NCBI GenBank assembly: GCA_977016875.1
Contig: CDRNST010000104.1
Span: forward strand, 4,278,001 to 4,342,000
Source: Pavona decussata
Lineage: Eukaryota
Direction of reading: 5' to 3'
DNA: 64,000 bases
The notes below the pieces were generated by a model. That model was not told the DNA's origin, searched no databases, and saw nothing but the letters and a program-made list of their open reading frames with translations. Shown piece after piece: positions 25,301-37,300 of the stretch; position 1 is the first letter of the stretch, and the number at the start of each line of letters is the position of its first letter. The position numbers were made by a program, and so were the translations under genes.

Positions 25301-28300
25301 ACTTTGCTTAGTGCTGACCAAGTTGTTCTTGTTGACTTTTGAGTAATGTGAACCTTTCCCGGACAAGATGTTGGTGTGACGTTCTCTGCTATAGTCTGTG
25401 ACATCCATCTTTAACGATACAATGGTTTATTAAAGTAGAAGTGCTTGATTGGAAATACCAGCCTTCAGATCTGGCGAGGCAATTTCTAGCCGTAACCAAA
25501 TTGAAAATCAGTTTGCATACAGGTTTGCGCAATAATTGTTAATTTCATTAAGTTAATATGTCATGCTAATAACAGGAATTCAGTAATTAGCGGTTAAGAA
25601 CGCTAGATGCCGAAAAATAAGGAAGGCAGCATTGAGGATAACAACAAATTTCCACTGATTATTTTGCAATAATCAAATAAATAAATAAATAAATAGCGAT
25701 TGAGTAAATAAATTTCCTTTATTCACCCTGGGCCACGCATTGAAACAGATCATTCAATTTGAAAATAACACCGTAGGCTTACGATTGTCATTAACCAACT
25801 CCATCGAGCGGTCACAGCAGGGCTTGAAAGGACTTTCAAGTTCGCCGTCTAGCCGCTCGAACAGCCCGAACTTGGTGTTGTTGGCATTGTGCAAGGTGAA
25901 AAAAACAGGTTTGCGCAATAACTTTTAATTAATTTCATTAAGTTAATACATCATGGTCATATTAATTAGCGGTGAATAACGCTTGATACCGAAAAATAGG
26001 AAGATAGCATTGCGGATAACAACAATTTTCCAATGATCGCTTTCCAATACTGCACATAAAGAAAAATACACTTGCTAGCATTCAGTTACTTTCCGGAGAG
26101 TTCGAATACATAAATAAACAAACAGATAAATAAATAGTGATCGAGTAAATAAATTGCCTTTATTCACCCTGGGCCACGCATTAAAACATTACAAACAGAT
26201 GATTCAATTCTTGATGTCTATACAAATTCTGTCAACTAGTGTCATAAGAAATAGATGGGAAACAGAAAGGAGGCTACACAACGATACAAAGATGAGATAT
26301 TGTGATATTGGCAACAATATTCAATACTCTCCCTATATTGTTTCCGGTGGTAAATTGGTTTCTGCAATTCTTCGTCTTATTTTCAAACAATACCATTCCA
26401 CAAAAAAAGGAACTTTAACAGCTGAACTCAAGACAGTAACCGAGAAGAAAATCAAATTTAACATGATTTAATGTTAGTGCAGATCTTTCAATGAAGGTTT
26501 TAAAAATACTTTTAAAGTTTGGACGACAACAAAGTTTAGTGCCTTCACCGCTCGTCAAATGCCATGTATTCTATTAAGGAAACAGGAGACTGAAATATAG
26601 CCATTGGTAAGAAGAACTCAAAAGGCTTTCAAAACAACTGGGCGGGAAGAATTCCATAGGCTTTCAAAACAGTGAGTTCATATTCTGTTGTCAATTCAAG
26701 TTGCTTAGTGGTCACCGAACAACTGACCAGAGGATGTTCAATCGCTAACAGATCCTGGAAATTTTTTGTCACTGAGTTGTTATTCCTTCCTCCATCTTCT
26801 TCCTTACACAGGACAAAGCCATTTCGTTCCTTTGTGGCCACGGGGTCGATACTATACGCCTTCAAAACATCGTTTTCATACTGCTGGAAGGAATTTTGAG
26901 AACGCTGTTCCATCGCATACTCATACTTTGCTGCCGTTCTCACAAAGTTGGTCTTGCTGAGTTTTGAGTTATGTGAACTTTTCCTGGACAAGATGTTGGC
27001 GTGACGTTCTCTGCTATAGTCAGTGACATCCATCTTCAACGATACAGTGATTTATTAAGGTAGAATGTCTTGATTGAAAATACCAGCCTTCAGATCTGGC
27101 GAGGCAATTTGTAGCCCTATCCAATTTGAAAATTAGTCTGCATGCAAGTTTAAGCAAGAATTGGTTATTAAGCGAGTTTCATTTTTTGAAATTAAAACGT
27201 CATGGTCATATTAGGGATTAAGTAATTAGCGGTTAATAACGCTGGAAACCGATCAACAGAGACGCAGCGTTGAGGATAACAAATTTTCACTGATAGTTTC
27301 TCAAAATTGCACATAAAGAACAGTACACTTAAGTGCAATGAGTTTCTTTCCGGAGAGTTCGAATAGAGAAGTAAACGAACAAAAAGATAATTAAATAAAT
27401 AGTGATTGAGTTAATAATGTTCATTTATTTAAGTGCAGCCTTTCCATAAGCGGAGGCTTAAGATCATGAGATATCTCCAGCGAGCGGTCAGAGTAGGACT
27501 TCAAAAGACTTTTAAGTCCGCCGTCTGGTGACTCGACCAGGCAACCTCGTTCCCAGGGAGAGGAAGAGAGAGGACCCTGGGAACGAGGTTGTCGACCAGG
27601 CTGCCTTTTTCTTACGCAATCTTCGGGATGATCTTCGGAAGAGTTCGAAGTAGCTTCGAAAATTTTTCGAAGTCTTGGGAAGGCTTCAGGCGTTGTTTAG
27701 TATTCTTAGGAAGAACTCGGAAATTAAGGTTTGAATTTTTTTCTCCGAAAAATGACCATAGTAACAACCATTGCTACCTCCGCCACAGACCATTTGCTTA
27801 TTTGTCAGTATAATGTACTTGAAATGTGCCGGCTAGATGTGTGGCTACAGGAGACTCGTGGGAGCTAAGGCCATTAAGCTAGGTTCGTGGGGCAAACGTC
27901 CTGCATACTGCTAGGATTGGAATGTCATGTGTGGCATATACGTAATAAAGGTGATGGATACTTTAACTGAGCCTGGTGAATAAATGAGAATGGTGTATTA
28001 TTCAGTAAGTGACACAGGCATACTCGGAAAACATGACATTCCAATCCTTACAGTATGCGAATGTTTGTCTCATGAACCTAGTTTAATGGCCTTAGCTCCC
28101 AGGAGTCTCCTGTAGCTCAGTGGTAGAGCATCCGAGCTAGTAATCGGAAAGTCTTAGGTTCGACTCCTGATAGGAGTACTCCGATTTATTTCCGAGTATG
28201 CCTGTGTCATTTCTGATTAATACATCATTCTCATTCATTCACCAGGCTTAAAATATTCCATCATCTTTATTCCACATAACAAGAAACGCCTTGCCGTCCC

Positions 28301-31300
28301 CGGACAAAACGAGCCAAACCAAACCTAAAAAAAGTGCCTCGAAGGGCGTAAGAACGACAGTGGCCAGACAGAAACAACAAGAGGTCAAATAAACAGGCCA
28401 TAAACCGATAAACGCAGAACTCATAACCCAGAAATGACCTTTGAGATCAAAATACACATGCGACAGTCAAGCACATGGCTTTGTTCGGTGACTATCGTGC
28501 GAATCCTCCAAATCATCATGTAAAATCAACCCGCTGCAAACACAGAAGAAGCTAAATTGGCCAAAATATCGACATAGAAACGGTTAACATGCGAGTAGCA
28601 GTTCTGTAGGCACTTTCACCTCCATTTGACGTGCTTGATCTTCGACTTCAAGCACGTAGCCGGAGATGTAGTTAAATTTCATCATCTAGGTTGTAGCTTT
28701 GCTCGAAATCAGAGTGAGTATTCGACATTTAGGCCAAAATAATCGGCCATAAACCCAAATAGCTCGCGAAGAATTCACTCCAACTCATTACAATGTACTG
28801 TTTTGTTGTGGGCTTGTCACTGAGATACCGGGTCGACGTCACAACTCTCACTAGTACCAGTCCTCCAAAGGCGCGGTTTAAACTCCGAGAGGCTTGATTT
28901 CGATCGTGTTTTAAAAATCGAGAATAACTTCAAATCCCATTTTTCTGCTTTCCATGTCTACTTTTGAAGGAAAAAAAAGGAAGTGACTAAGGGTGATTAG
29001 CACTTTAAGAGGTATAGCTCCATCAACCAATTTGATCAAATGTTGAATGCTTAAAACATGAAATAATGGTGTCTATTATACACTATAAATTATGCCAATC
29101 GAGAAAAGGAACCCGAAAAAGATGAATTCAGAAAAATAATTACCTAATTTCAAAGCGAAAGGTCGGAAAAGTTTATGTTGGTTCTAGAAAAAAAATGGAT
29201 AAAGTTTTAAATTTGTGTTAATGGCAACACCAGTGACGTCCACGATTCTACTTCTCACTCACGGGCTTTTATTATGCTTTTAAGTAAAAGTAGTACAAAG
29301 TAAAGAAGCGACGTTCAACGGAAAAAAAATTGAGAAGTTGGTAACTTTAATGGGAAAGGTAGGTTATTGTTGCAAGAATTCCTAAGGGTTTGACCTTTTG
29401 TTTAAAGAAACGACATAAGTCAGTAAGATGTAATTTCTACGGCTCGCTCACGCCGATCTATTCTGTCAGAACAGAAAAAAAAATGCAATTCATTACACAG
29501 GCAAAGTCAAAAATTAATCAACTTAAAAAAAGGTGAGTTAGTTTCAATGGGAAAAGCTGGAAAAGTACCAATATTCTGCTAAAAAGTAGTACACTTGTAC
29601 TTGTCAGTGGCCATATTATTGTGTCAACAAATCAACGGCACTGAAAGTTTGAAAGGTAGGCCTGAGCAGGGAGAATTCCGTAGGCTTTTAAAACAGTGTG
29701 TTCGTATCGTGTCCTCAGTTGAAGTTCTTGAGTAGCTGAGCAACAACTTTCTGACCGTCGTTCAGCCTCCAACATATTCTGCAACTTTCCTGTGCTAGGG
29801 CAGGGTTTACACCTTCCACTTTCCTTGCCGCTCAAGACAAAGTTGTTTCGTTTCTCTCTAGCCACTGGGACGATACCATAAGCCTTCAAAACAGTGTCTT
29901 CGTACTGCTTGCGAGAATTGCGAAATGGCTTTTTCATGGTAGACTCCTCCTTTGCTTCTTTGTTCATCGAGTTGTTTTTGTTGCGTTCTGGGACTCTAGT
30001 TTCATTCAAGGACAAGAGGCTCGCATCACGACATTGCCAGCTATGGCTTGCACTCTTCATCTTCAAAACCCTTACGCGTTTGAGGATTTTGGTAACGCAT
30101 GAAATTCTACTTCGATAATTTTCGTTGCAACTGTATGAAGGCGAATTAATTGGTCTGCATTGAGTTAACGCTACTTGTTCTTTATCGATATTTATAATTA
30201 GCTGAGGACTCATTCAAACACTGGGTATTAAATTCACACCACGCCCTTATGACATAAAGTTAACTAAAGAACCGCACTGTTCGACCTACAAAAGTAAATC
30301 GTATCTGTAAATATCGTTACCTAATTGGCTAAGGACTTATTCAAACACGGTATAAAATTAACACCAAGCCTTGATGACGCAAAATCAACCAAAGAACCAA
30401 CCAGATTACACGACCTGCAAAAGTCAATCGTATCTGTATGGCGCGGTCTGATAGTTTCTTTAGATAAATACCTCATTATCATTTCATAACGTAAATTCAT
30501 TCAAACACGGTATAAAATTCACACCAAGCCTTGATGACGCAAAATCAACCAAAGAACCAACCAGATTGCACGACCTGCAATAGTCAATCGTATCTGTATG
30601 GCGCGGTCTGGTAGTTTCTTTAGGTAAATACCTCATTATCATTTCATAACGTAAATGAAGGCAAATAACAGGAAATGTTAAAAAATAGAGATATGAAGAT
30701 CTTTCACATCCAACCCAATTTAACTAAAGTAAACTGCAGTGAACTAAAGAACACCATAATTTAATTAGGTTTAGTGCCTATTTTAGTTGAAAATATTCGG
30801 GTGAATGCCAAATATTGCCAGTTTGATCGAGGAAATTAAGATAAGTCTTTCGGAGCCTTCGCCTATCCAAATCTCAGGACGAAGTCGCCTTCGGGTGCCT
30901 TATGACATCTTCAGAAGACTTTCGGGAACAATCGAAAGTCCCGAAAGTTTCCCGTAAAATAAGTACTTACCTCGCTTCTAATATTGTTACAGTGCTCATA
31001 CAAATTATTAAAGAATTCTTCATTCAACTCGCTACCAGTAGCAATGATCCTTGCGTATTATAAAAGTGTCGACTAATTTCACTGCAAAACAGTCTTAACT
31101 TTTCTTGAAATTCACGTACAGAGGAAGCAGCAAACTCGTGAAGCGCGAAGCGTGGATTATTACGCGCGAGCCTAACACGCCTCGTTTCTCACTTGCTCCA
31201 GGCTATCCCTCCAAAGACCGACGTACAACTGAACGCAGAAAACAAGGGCTGTTTTGAAGTCTACTTCCAATTGACGACACAAAATTTGAACGGATATCAT

Positions 31301-34300
31301 AGATAGGAGTAAGCAAACAAAAAAAAAGGCTTATACATAGTGAAACTTCTGTAATGGTATGGAACAAAACTGTAGTGACACTAAAAATGTGCACCTTGGT
31401 GATTTCGTGGGACAGTCGATCTCGCTCCAGCTCCACAGTTTTTAAGCGTGTTCTAAGAGCAAAAAAGCAAAACAACAAAAAGAAAACACAGATAACTACT
31501 AAGAAGAAATACTAGAGGAAACAAATAGAGCATTACACAAAGCTGTGATATCAGAGTTTACAAATATAAAACGGGGGGAGATGGTTTTCATTCAAGTCCT
31601 ACGATATTTTAAAGGCTGTCAGACATAATGCTTCAAACATTGTGCGCATGCCTCAATCATTTGCCGCTTTTTACCCGAGAATTTCGTCTGTTTCTCAATC
31701 CTAAAAAGGTTATAAGTATACCTGCTGGGTAGAGAGATGCATAGTGATAAACTTACCGAAGCTCTACGTCGTCGGCCATCATTCTGTCGTAATTCCTTAA
31801 TTTTTCAAGAACTTCTTCATTTTCCTAAAATAAACAAAAAAGCAAACAAATAAATAAATAAATTAATATTAATATTAATTAAATAAATTAATATCTAATT
31901 GGTATGCTAATGACCTCGGAAGTGATTATCAATGTCTTACCAAGTCACGCGGTAAATCCCCCGCCTGGCCCATTTTTCGGAGCTGTCGGACCTCATGTAA
32001 TATTTCCTCTTTTTCGGACTCAAGAGTGGCCACTCGTAATCTAGGTAGTAACAAATACACCACAAAAATGTATGTGAATAAACTCACTTTATCATTGGGG
32101 GAACAAAAAAAAAAACAACGCATGCAGACTAGAGAGAGAGAGAGCTGAAATCAGAGGGAAAATAGAGAAAGAAGGCCGCATAACATTTCAGCAGTGAATA
32201 ACTTCAGGGCAGTGAATATAACAAATTTCATTCGAAAGGTATTCAACTGAGCAAAACTAAAAGAAGCGCTCAAGCAAATCAGAACTCGAAGCAAATGCAT
32301 GCAGTAAACCGACGCAAAGCGCAGGAAAGCGCGTGGAAACAAGTCGAGTTTACTTACAGTTGGTTGAGAAAGTTGCACTAGTATTATAACAAATTCAAGA
32401 ACGTGGTAAGCAAAACCAAAGCTGACGCGAATTAATTCTGACCCTCAACTGTAAAGCGCCACGAACGTTTTCATTGCCAAAGTCATATGTTATTAAGAAA
32501 ATGCAACGGGGATCAAACATTTGAGTCTGTGGGCGAAATTTTTACGCTCTAGCCTTCGTAATAGGTGCTGAACGTGGTAAATGTACTTCAAGTTTACTGT
32601 GAAAACAAATTTTCGCGATTTTTGGATTGTTTGTACAAAATTCGTTACCACAGTGCATTTAACTCGCAAAATTTACCCTGTTTTGCAGGAAGAGCCTAAA
32701 AATTCAATCAATCAATCAATCAATCAATCTGGTATCTCCTTAGCCAATCCCGTCTTCCTTATAAAGGGCAGGGTATTGAGATTCAAAACTCTTAATTTGG
32801 GAAGACCACAGCGACAAGATATAACAAATTATGGACGGCAAGACTGATCCTTACGGTAGAAAAAAAGGACGAAAACAAAGAAGCTGGATATAATTAACGA
32901 CGGTGCCTACTAATACAGAAGTATTTTCCGCGGTTTATCACTATGCGAGAAAAGCAGATTTTAGCAAGAGCTGCTGGAACCCAAACATAAAATTGGGGGT
33001 AACCACGCACTTTTCAGAGATAATTAAGCAACAATAATCGAAAAGAGCATTAAGAAACAAAGCAATGTATGGCGTTTTCTCCAAATTGAAGCTTTATTTT
33101 CTCTGAAAAATGCATGGTTGCCCCCAATATTCTTTTTGGATACCAAAAGCACTTGCTAAGTTCTGCTTTCTCTGCATTGTTTTAAACTACACAAAAAAAC
33201 CCTGTATTAGTAGGCACCACCCATAGGAAACCCGAGTATCTCGAGATGCACAGAACGTATGCGCAGTAACAAAGGTAGGCACCGTCCTTAATTATCTTAT
33301 TGGGATTTACCATAGTGATCTTTGACGGTTTACACTTATACCTTAGATTACACAAAACATCCCTATTTGTAACCAGGTTGTGACCGTCTGGGTTGAACAA
33401 CAAGACTTTCCTTCAATAAACAAATTTCTCGTTTATCCCTTGTTCTTTCTTCTGGAATGTTGTTGTTGTTTTTGTTGTTTTTTCCCATCGAGCCCTGAAG
33501 TTTGTTCTTGTTTCAGCGAAATCTTTCCGAATCGCGACGTTCCCTTTGAGTATCTTTGTGAGTATCCAGGCACCAGTGCCATGGAGGCTTTGAACACTTG
33601 CAAAATGTTATGATAAAATCAAGAGACAACACAACTCAGCTTTTTTTAAAACCTTACCTTGTTTGTTGAAATTCTTTCACCAAATCACTGTCGCCTTTAA
33701 TATTTGTTGGAAATCTCTCCAAGATTGCAACCTAAAAGAGAAGGATGAATTTTCTTCATACCGTGTCTGAAACATTCATCAAACCCATTCTAGAATCAAA
33801 CCGTACAATTCAAAACCAAGACAGACCTTCCTATCTTGGTTCGAAAATAGTCGCAAGCCTTGTTTTGATCTTTAAAATTCTCTAGGATATCGCTGGAAAT
33901 GCTCGGAAGTTGTCGGGAACTCTTCGGGAATACACTTTCCCTTGCGCTTAGATTATGACCTTCTATACTCTGACTGTATATTACAATACTGGATATTCCT
34001 TATCATAAACAATATACCTTTTCCTCCAGTTCATGTTGCTTCTTCGTCAGTTCGGTTTCTCGGTTGGCAGCTGCTTTCAAATATGTCTTGATATCTTTTA
34101 ACAGATTCGTCTAGACCAGATTTAACAAACAAACAAACGTCAGGTCATTGCACCCATTTGGTAGAACGCACATGTCTCCTTTTGCATTCAGTTGTTTGCT
34201 AACATTTGCCTGCTTGTTTTGGGTTAGTTTGAAGGGACAAAGTCACATTATGCTCACTGTAAGTACCAAACATAAAGGTGATAGCATTCACTATAAACCG

Positions 34301-37300
34301 GTTTTGGGGGCACAGTCTGAGAATGGTCAAAGTATTGTCGACTTGTCTCAGCAAGATTTAGACGTATCTTTATAAGTCCGGAATGAATTTCCCAACAGAT
34401 CGCAGCCCAAACCTAAGAGATAGATAAGGGCGTTAGTTCTGAAGAAAATGTGGTCCTGCGTCATTGGGGGAGTCGATAGAGCGACGGGCGAACGCTCAAA
34501 ACATCAGAGTCGAATCTTTCTATGGTGGCAAAATTAGCTTATCAACTTTGTCGTTAAAACCAAACATTCTTTTCTAAGCCTAACAGTGCCTTCCATGACT
34601 ACTTTTTCTTTACTTTTCCGGTTTTAGGATTAACAGAATATGCGAATATACCATTTTCCAAAAGAACGAATAAAACGAAAACGGAGAAGTGTTTACAGTA
34701 CGCCTATTTAACTGTGCCACGGAAAAAAAATAATGATTCTCCTTGCTCACTGTTACCATTTCATTTTCCCTTGAAGACATTGTAATAATCAAGAATTTGA
34801 AATAAGAAGAATAGAGGTAACCTCACCTTTTTCTCTAATTCTGCTTCTAGTTTTTGCATTTTTTCTTCATATATCTTTGGCAAAACCACTGACTTCCATT
34901 CTTTGCTGTCAAGTCCACCCATGTTAGAATCTGAGAGTTTTTGGTGTAACTGTAAAAGAACAACAACAACAACAAAATTGGTCGTTAATCGAAATCATGT
35001 TTAAGGTAAAGTCCGAGTAATAGGTCAAATAATTTTGCCATATACATAAAAATATAAAAACTATTTTTTCACTGTCAAAGTATCCATACATTTACTGGTA
35101 TATAATAAAAGATGTGACTATGCAATTTAAACTCAAGTTTGAAACTCCAAAACTGTACAATCATAGAGACTTATATCGCGCATGCGTATGTTCTTCATAG
35201 GTCACACAAATGGCAATTATTTTCTAACAAGCTATTGACGTTAAGTTTGCAAATTTTTCTTCTCAATGCGTTATGGCTGGGCGGGTTCGTATTACCATTA
35301 CTCAGCATTAACCACAACACTGGCCCAATTTTTCCTTCTCTGTGCTACGAGGACGCGCTTAAGAAGTCAGGCTTAATTTTGCTGTGCCAGAGGAGGGAGG
35401 ATGCGTGTATAACATTTCTCAAGCGAAGTTATTCTTCCTCCGACCTGCTACGAAACTTAGTGCCGAGAGTTGCGAAGACAAGACCGTATGCCCTTAGAAC
35501 AGGAGAATCTGTTTTTGTGGCTGCCTCCGCAAGAACTAACAGATTTGGAAATTTTTGCACCATCAAATACCAGAATCGTGTCTAAAATAGCGAAATGTGA
35601 TGTCTTAACATTAACAGTTATATTTATGTGTCATAATTCCGAGATATTTGTATGTAATTAATGACCCGCCTTGTAATTCAGTTTATGCTGCAAAAAGGTT
35701 GAATAAACGATCATTATTATTATTATTATTATTATTATTGTTATTATTATTATAAAGTAACACAATGAACGCTTGCCATGGTTAACAGTGTTAAATCAAG
35801 GAATGTCAAAGTCAAAGAGTCTCAGTGAATAGCGCGTTTGTTTAACACTAAACATTTTGCCCACACTCCTGGATACACGCTGATTTTTAACTTAATACAT
35901 GCAGATACCTACTTCGTGTAACGTCCTGTTCATTAGATCAATCGTTTTCATCCAATAAGGGAGCTAGTTTCTAAGAAGCGACGGTGCTGTATCGGAGGTG
36001 AGTAGAAACGAATGTTTGGTTTATCAACAGGGTTCTATTCATATTCAAAGAGAACAACCGTCCTTGAATCAACAATTACACCATGTAAATCAAAAATTAT
36101 CCTTATAATTCTCACATCGTCACGTTTCATGTTCACTTTGTTGTCACCATTTATCACAATTAGCATTTTTGTCCACTTATTATAAATTCAACTTCAAACG
36201 CTTTGTACATTAAGTAACTGAAGATGACAGAAGTCTCTGTCGAAACATGTTTTGCAAACTTAAAATTTTTGTCGTTTTCTTTAAACAGTTGATCACTAAA
36301 GGTAAATTGGCCACCGTAAAGAGATTCGAGTGCTGACGTTTCGAGCGTTTGCCCTTCGTCATTCGCTCTGACGAAGGGCAAACGCTCGAAACGTCAGAAC
36401 TAGAATCTCTTTACGGTGGCCAATTTACCATTAGCTATCAACTCTGCTGATAAACCAAACGTTCGTTTTCAATCAAGCTGCCTTTCTTTACGGTGAATGG
36501 ATGGTCAACCTAAACTATGCAGACATCTTGGCCTGGGAGTCTACAAATTGTTAATGAAAGGTTTAACTACCTGTTCTAATTCTTTCACCAGTTCTTCCTT
36601 TCTCTGTTCCAGATTGGCATTTGCTGTTTTAAGTTTCTCGACTTCGTCCATTTCCTGCCAAGACAAAGGCAAGAGAGATAACAAAAATTGGATATAAAGT
36701 GCGTGTCCGAAACAGATCGGCAGGTCTGTCAATTCACCTCCCTACATTGCGATGGATTTCGCCAATTTGTCAGAAATAAAGTGACTAATCCACTTTACGG
36801 AAAAAAGATAGCGACTGCATATTTTACCACAATACCTTGCGAACCTAACACAGCCGATAGGCACATAGACAGCCAAATTAGTCCCTGTACTAACAACATT
36901 GTGTATGCTAGGGTTGAACTTTTTGAACCTTTTAGGGATTTTGTACGCTAAGAATTATGGGTAAAGGTACCAGCCGCCATATTTTTCGGTACAGTGGATT
37001 GCAGCTGGTTATTCCCTGGTTTGAGAATACTTGTTAAATAGCGGCAGCCATTTGCCTTACTATGCCATAGTCCAAACACATCCTGAGCCTTGTCCTTGGC
37101 TCAACTCCATGAAATTCCCGCATTGTAACTAAAATGTTGCTCTTTTTGCCTGTTACATTTTGACTTTACTTGGGGTTTTCGTCCTAAACGTCAGGCAACT
37201 TGCTGACGATTAAATTAAAGGCAAAGTTTTTAAAATTTAACATTCTTTCCTGTAGCTACTGCTATTGTTTACATCAGTGTTATCAATACCTTTTTTAAAT

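Larger units (their letters stand above)
20172..27591. repeat. Tandem segmental duplication array (4 units of ~1.6-2.3 kb) carrying copies A-D
   Basis: Flanks recur with each ORF (e.g. gatattgatgtcggggctagacaa; aactttaacagctgaactcaagac; cagatctggcgaggcaatt). ATG spacings are 2253, 1632 and 1625 bp. Confidence 0.9.

Noticed and set aside
21116-30060. Resemblance of the motif to the eIF4E-binding YxxxxL-phi motif and to the 'LKAYGIP' helix of ATP-grasp acyl-CoA synthetases
   Set aside because: The phi position is Lys/Arg rather than hydrophobic, and nothing else of an ATP-grasp fold is present; too short to assign.
21162-30118. Recurrent + strand ORFs (MSSYSVVNSSCS..., MSLSCYSF...) in each repeat unit
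   Set aside because: These are antisense shadows of the minus-strand ORFs with non-ATG starts; the synonymous-change pattern fits the minus frame.
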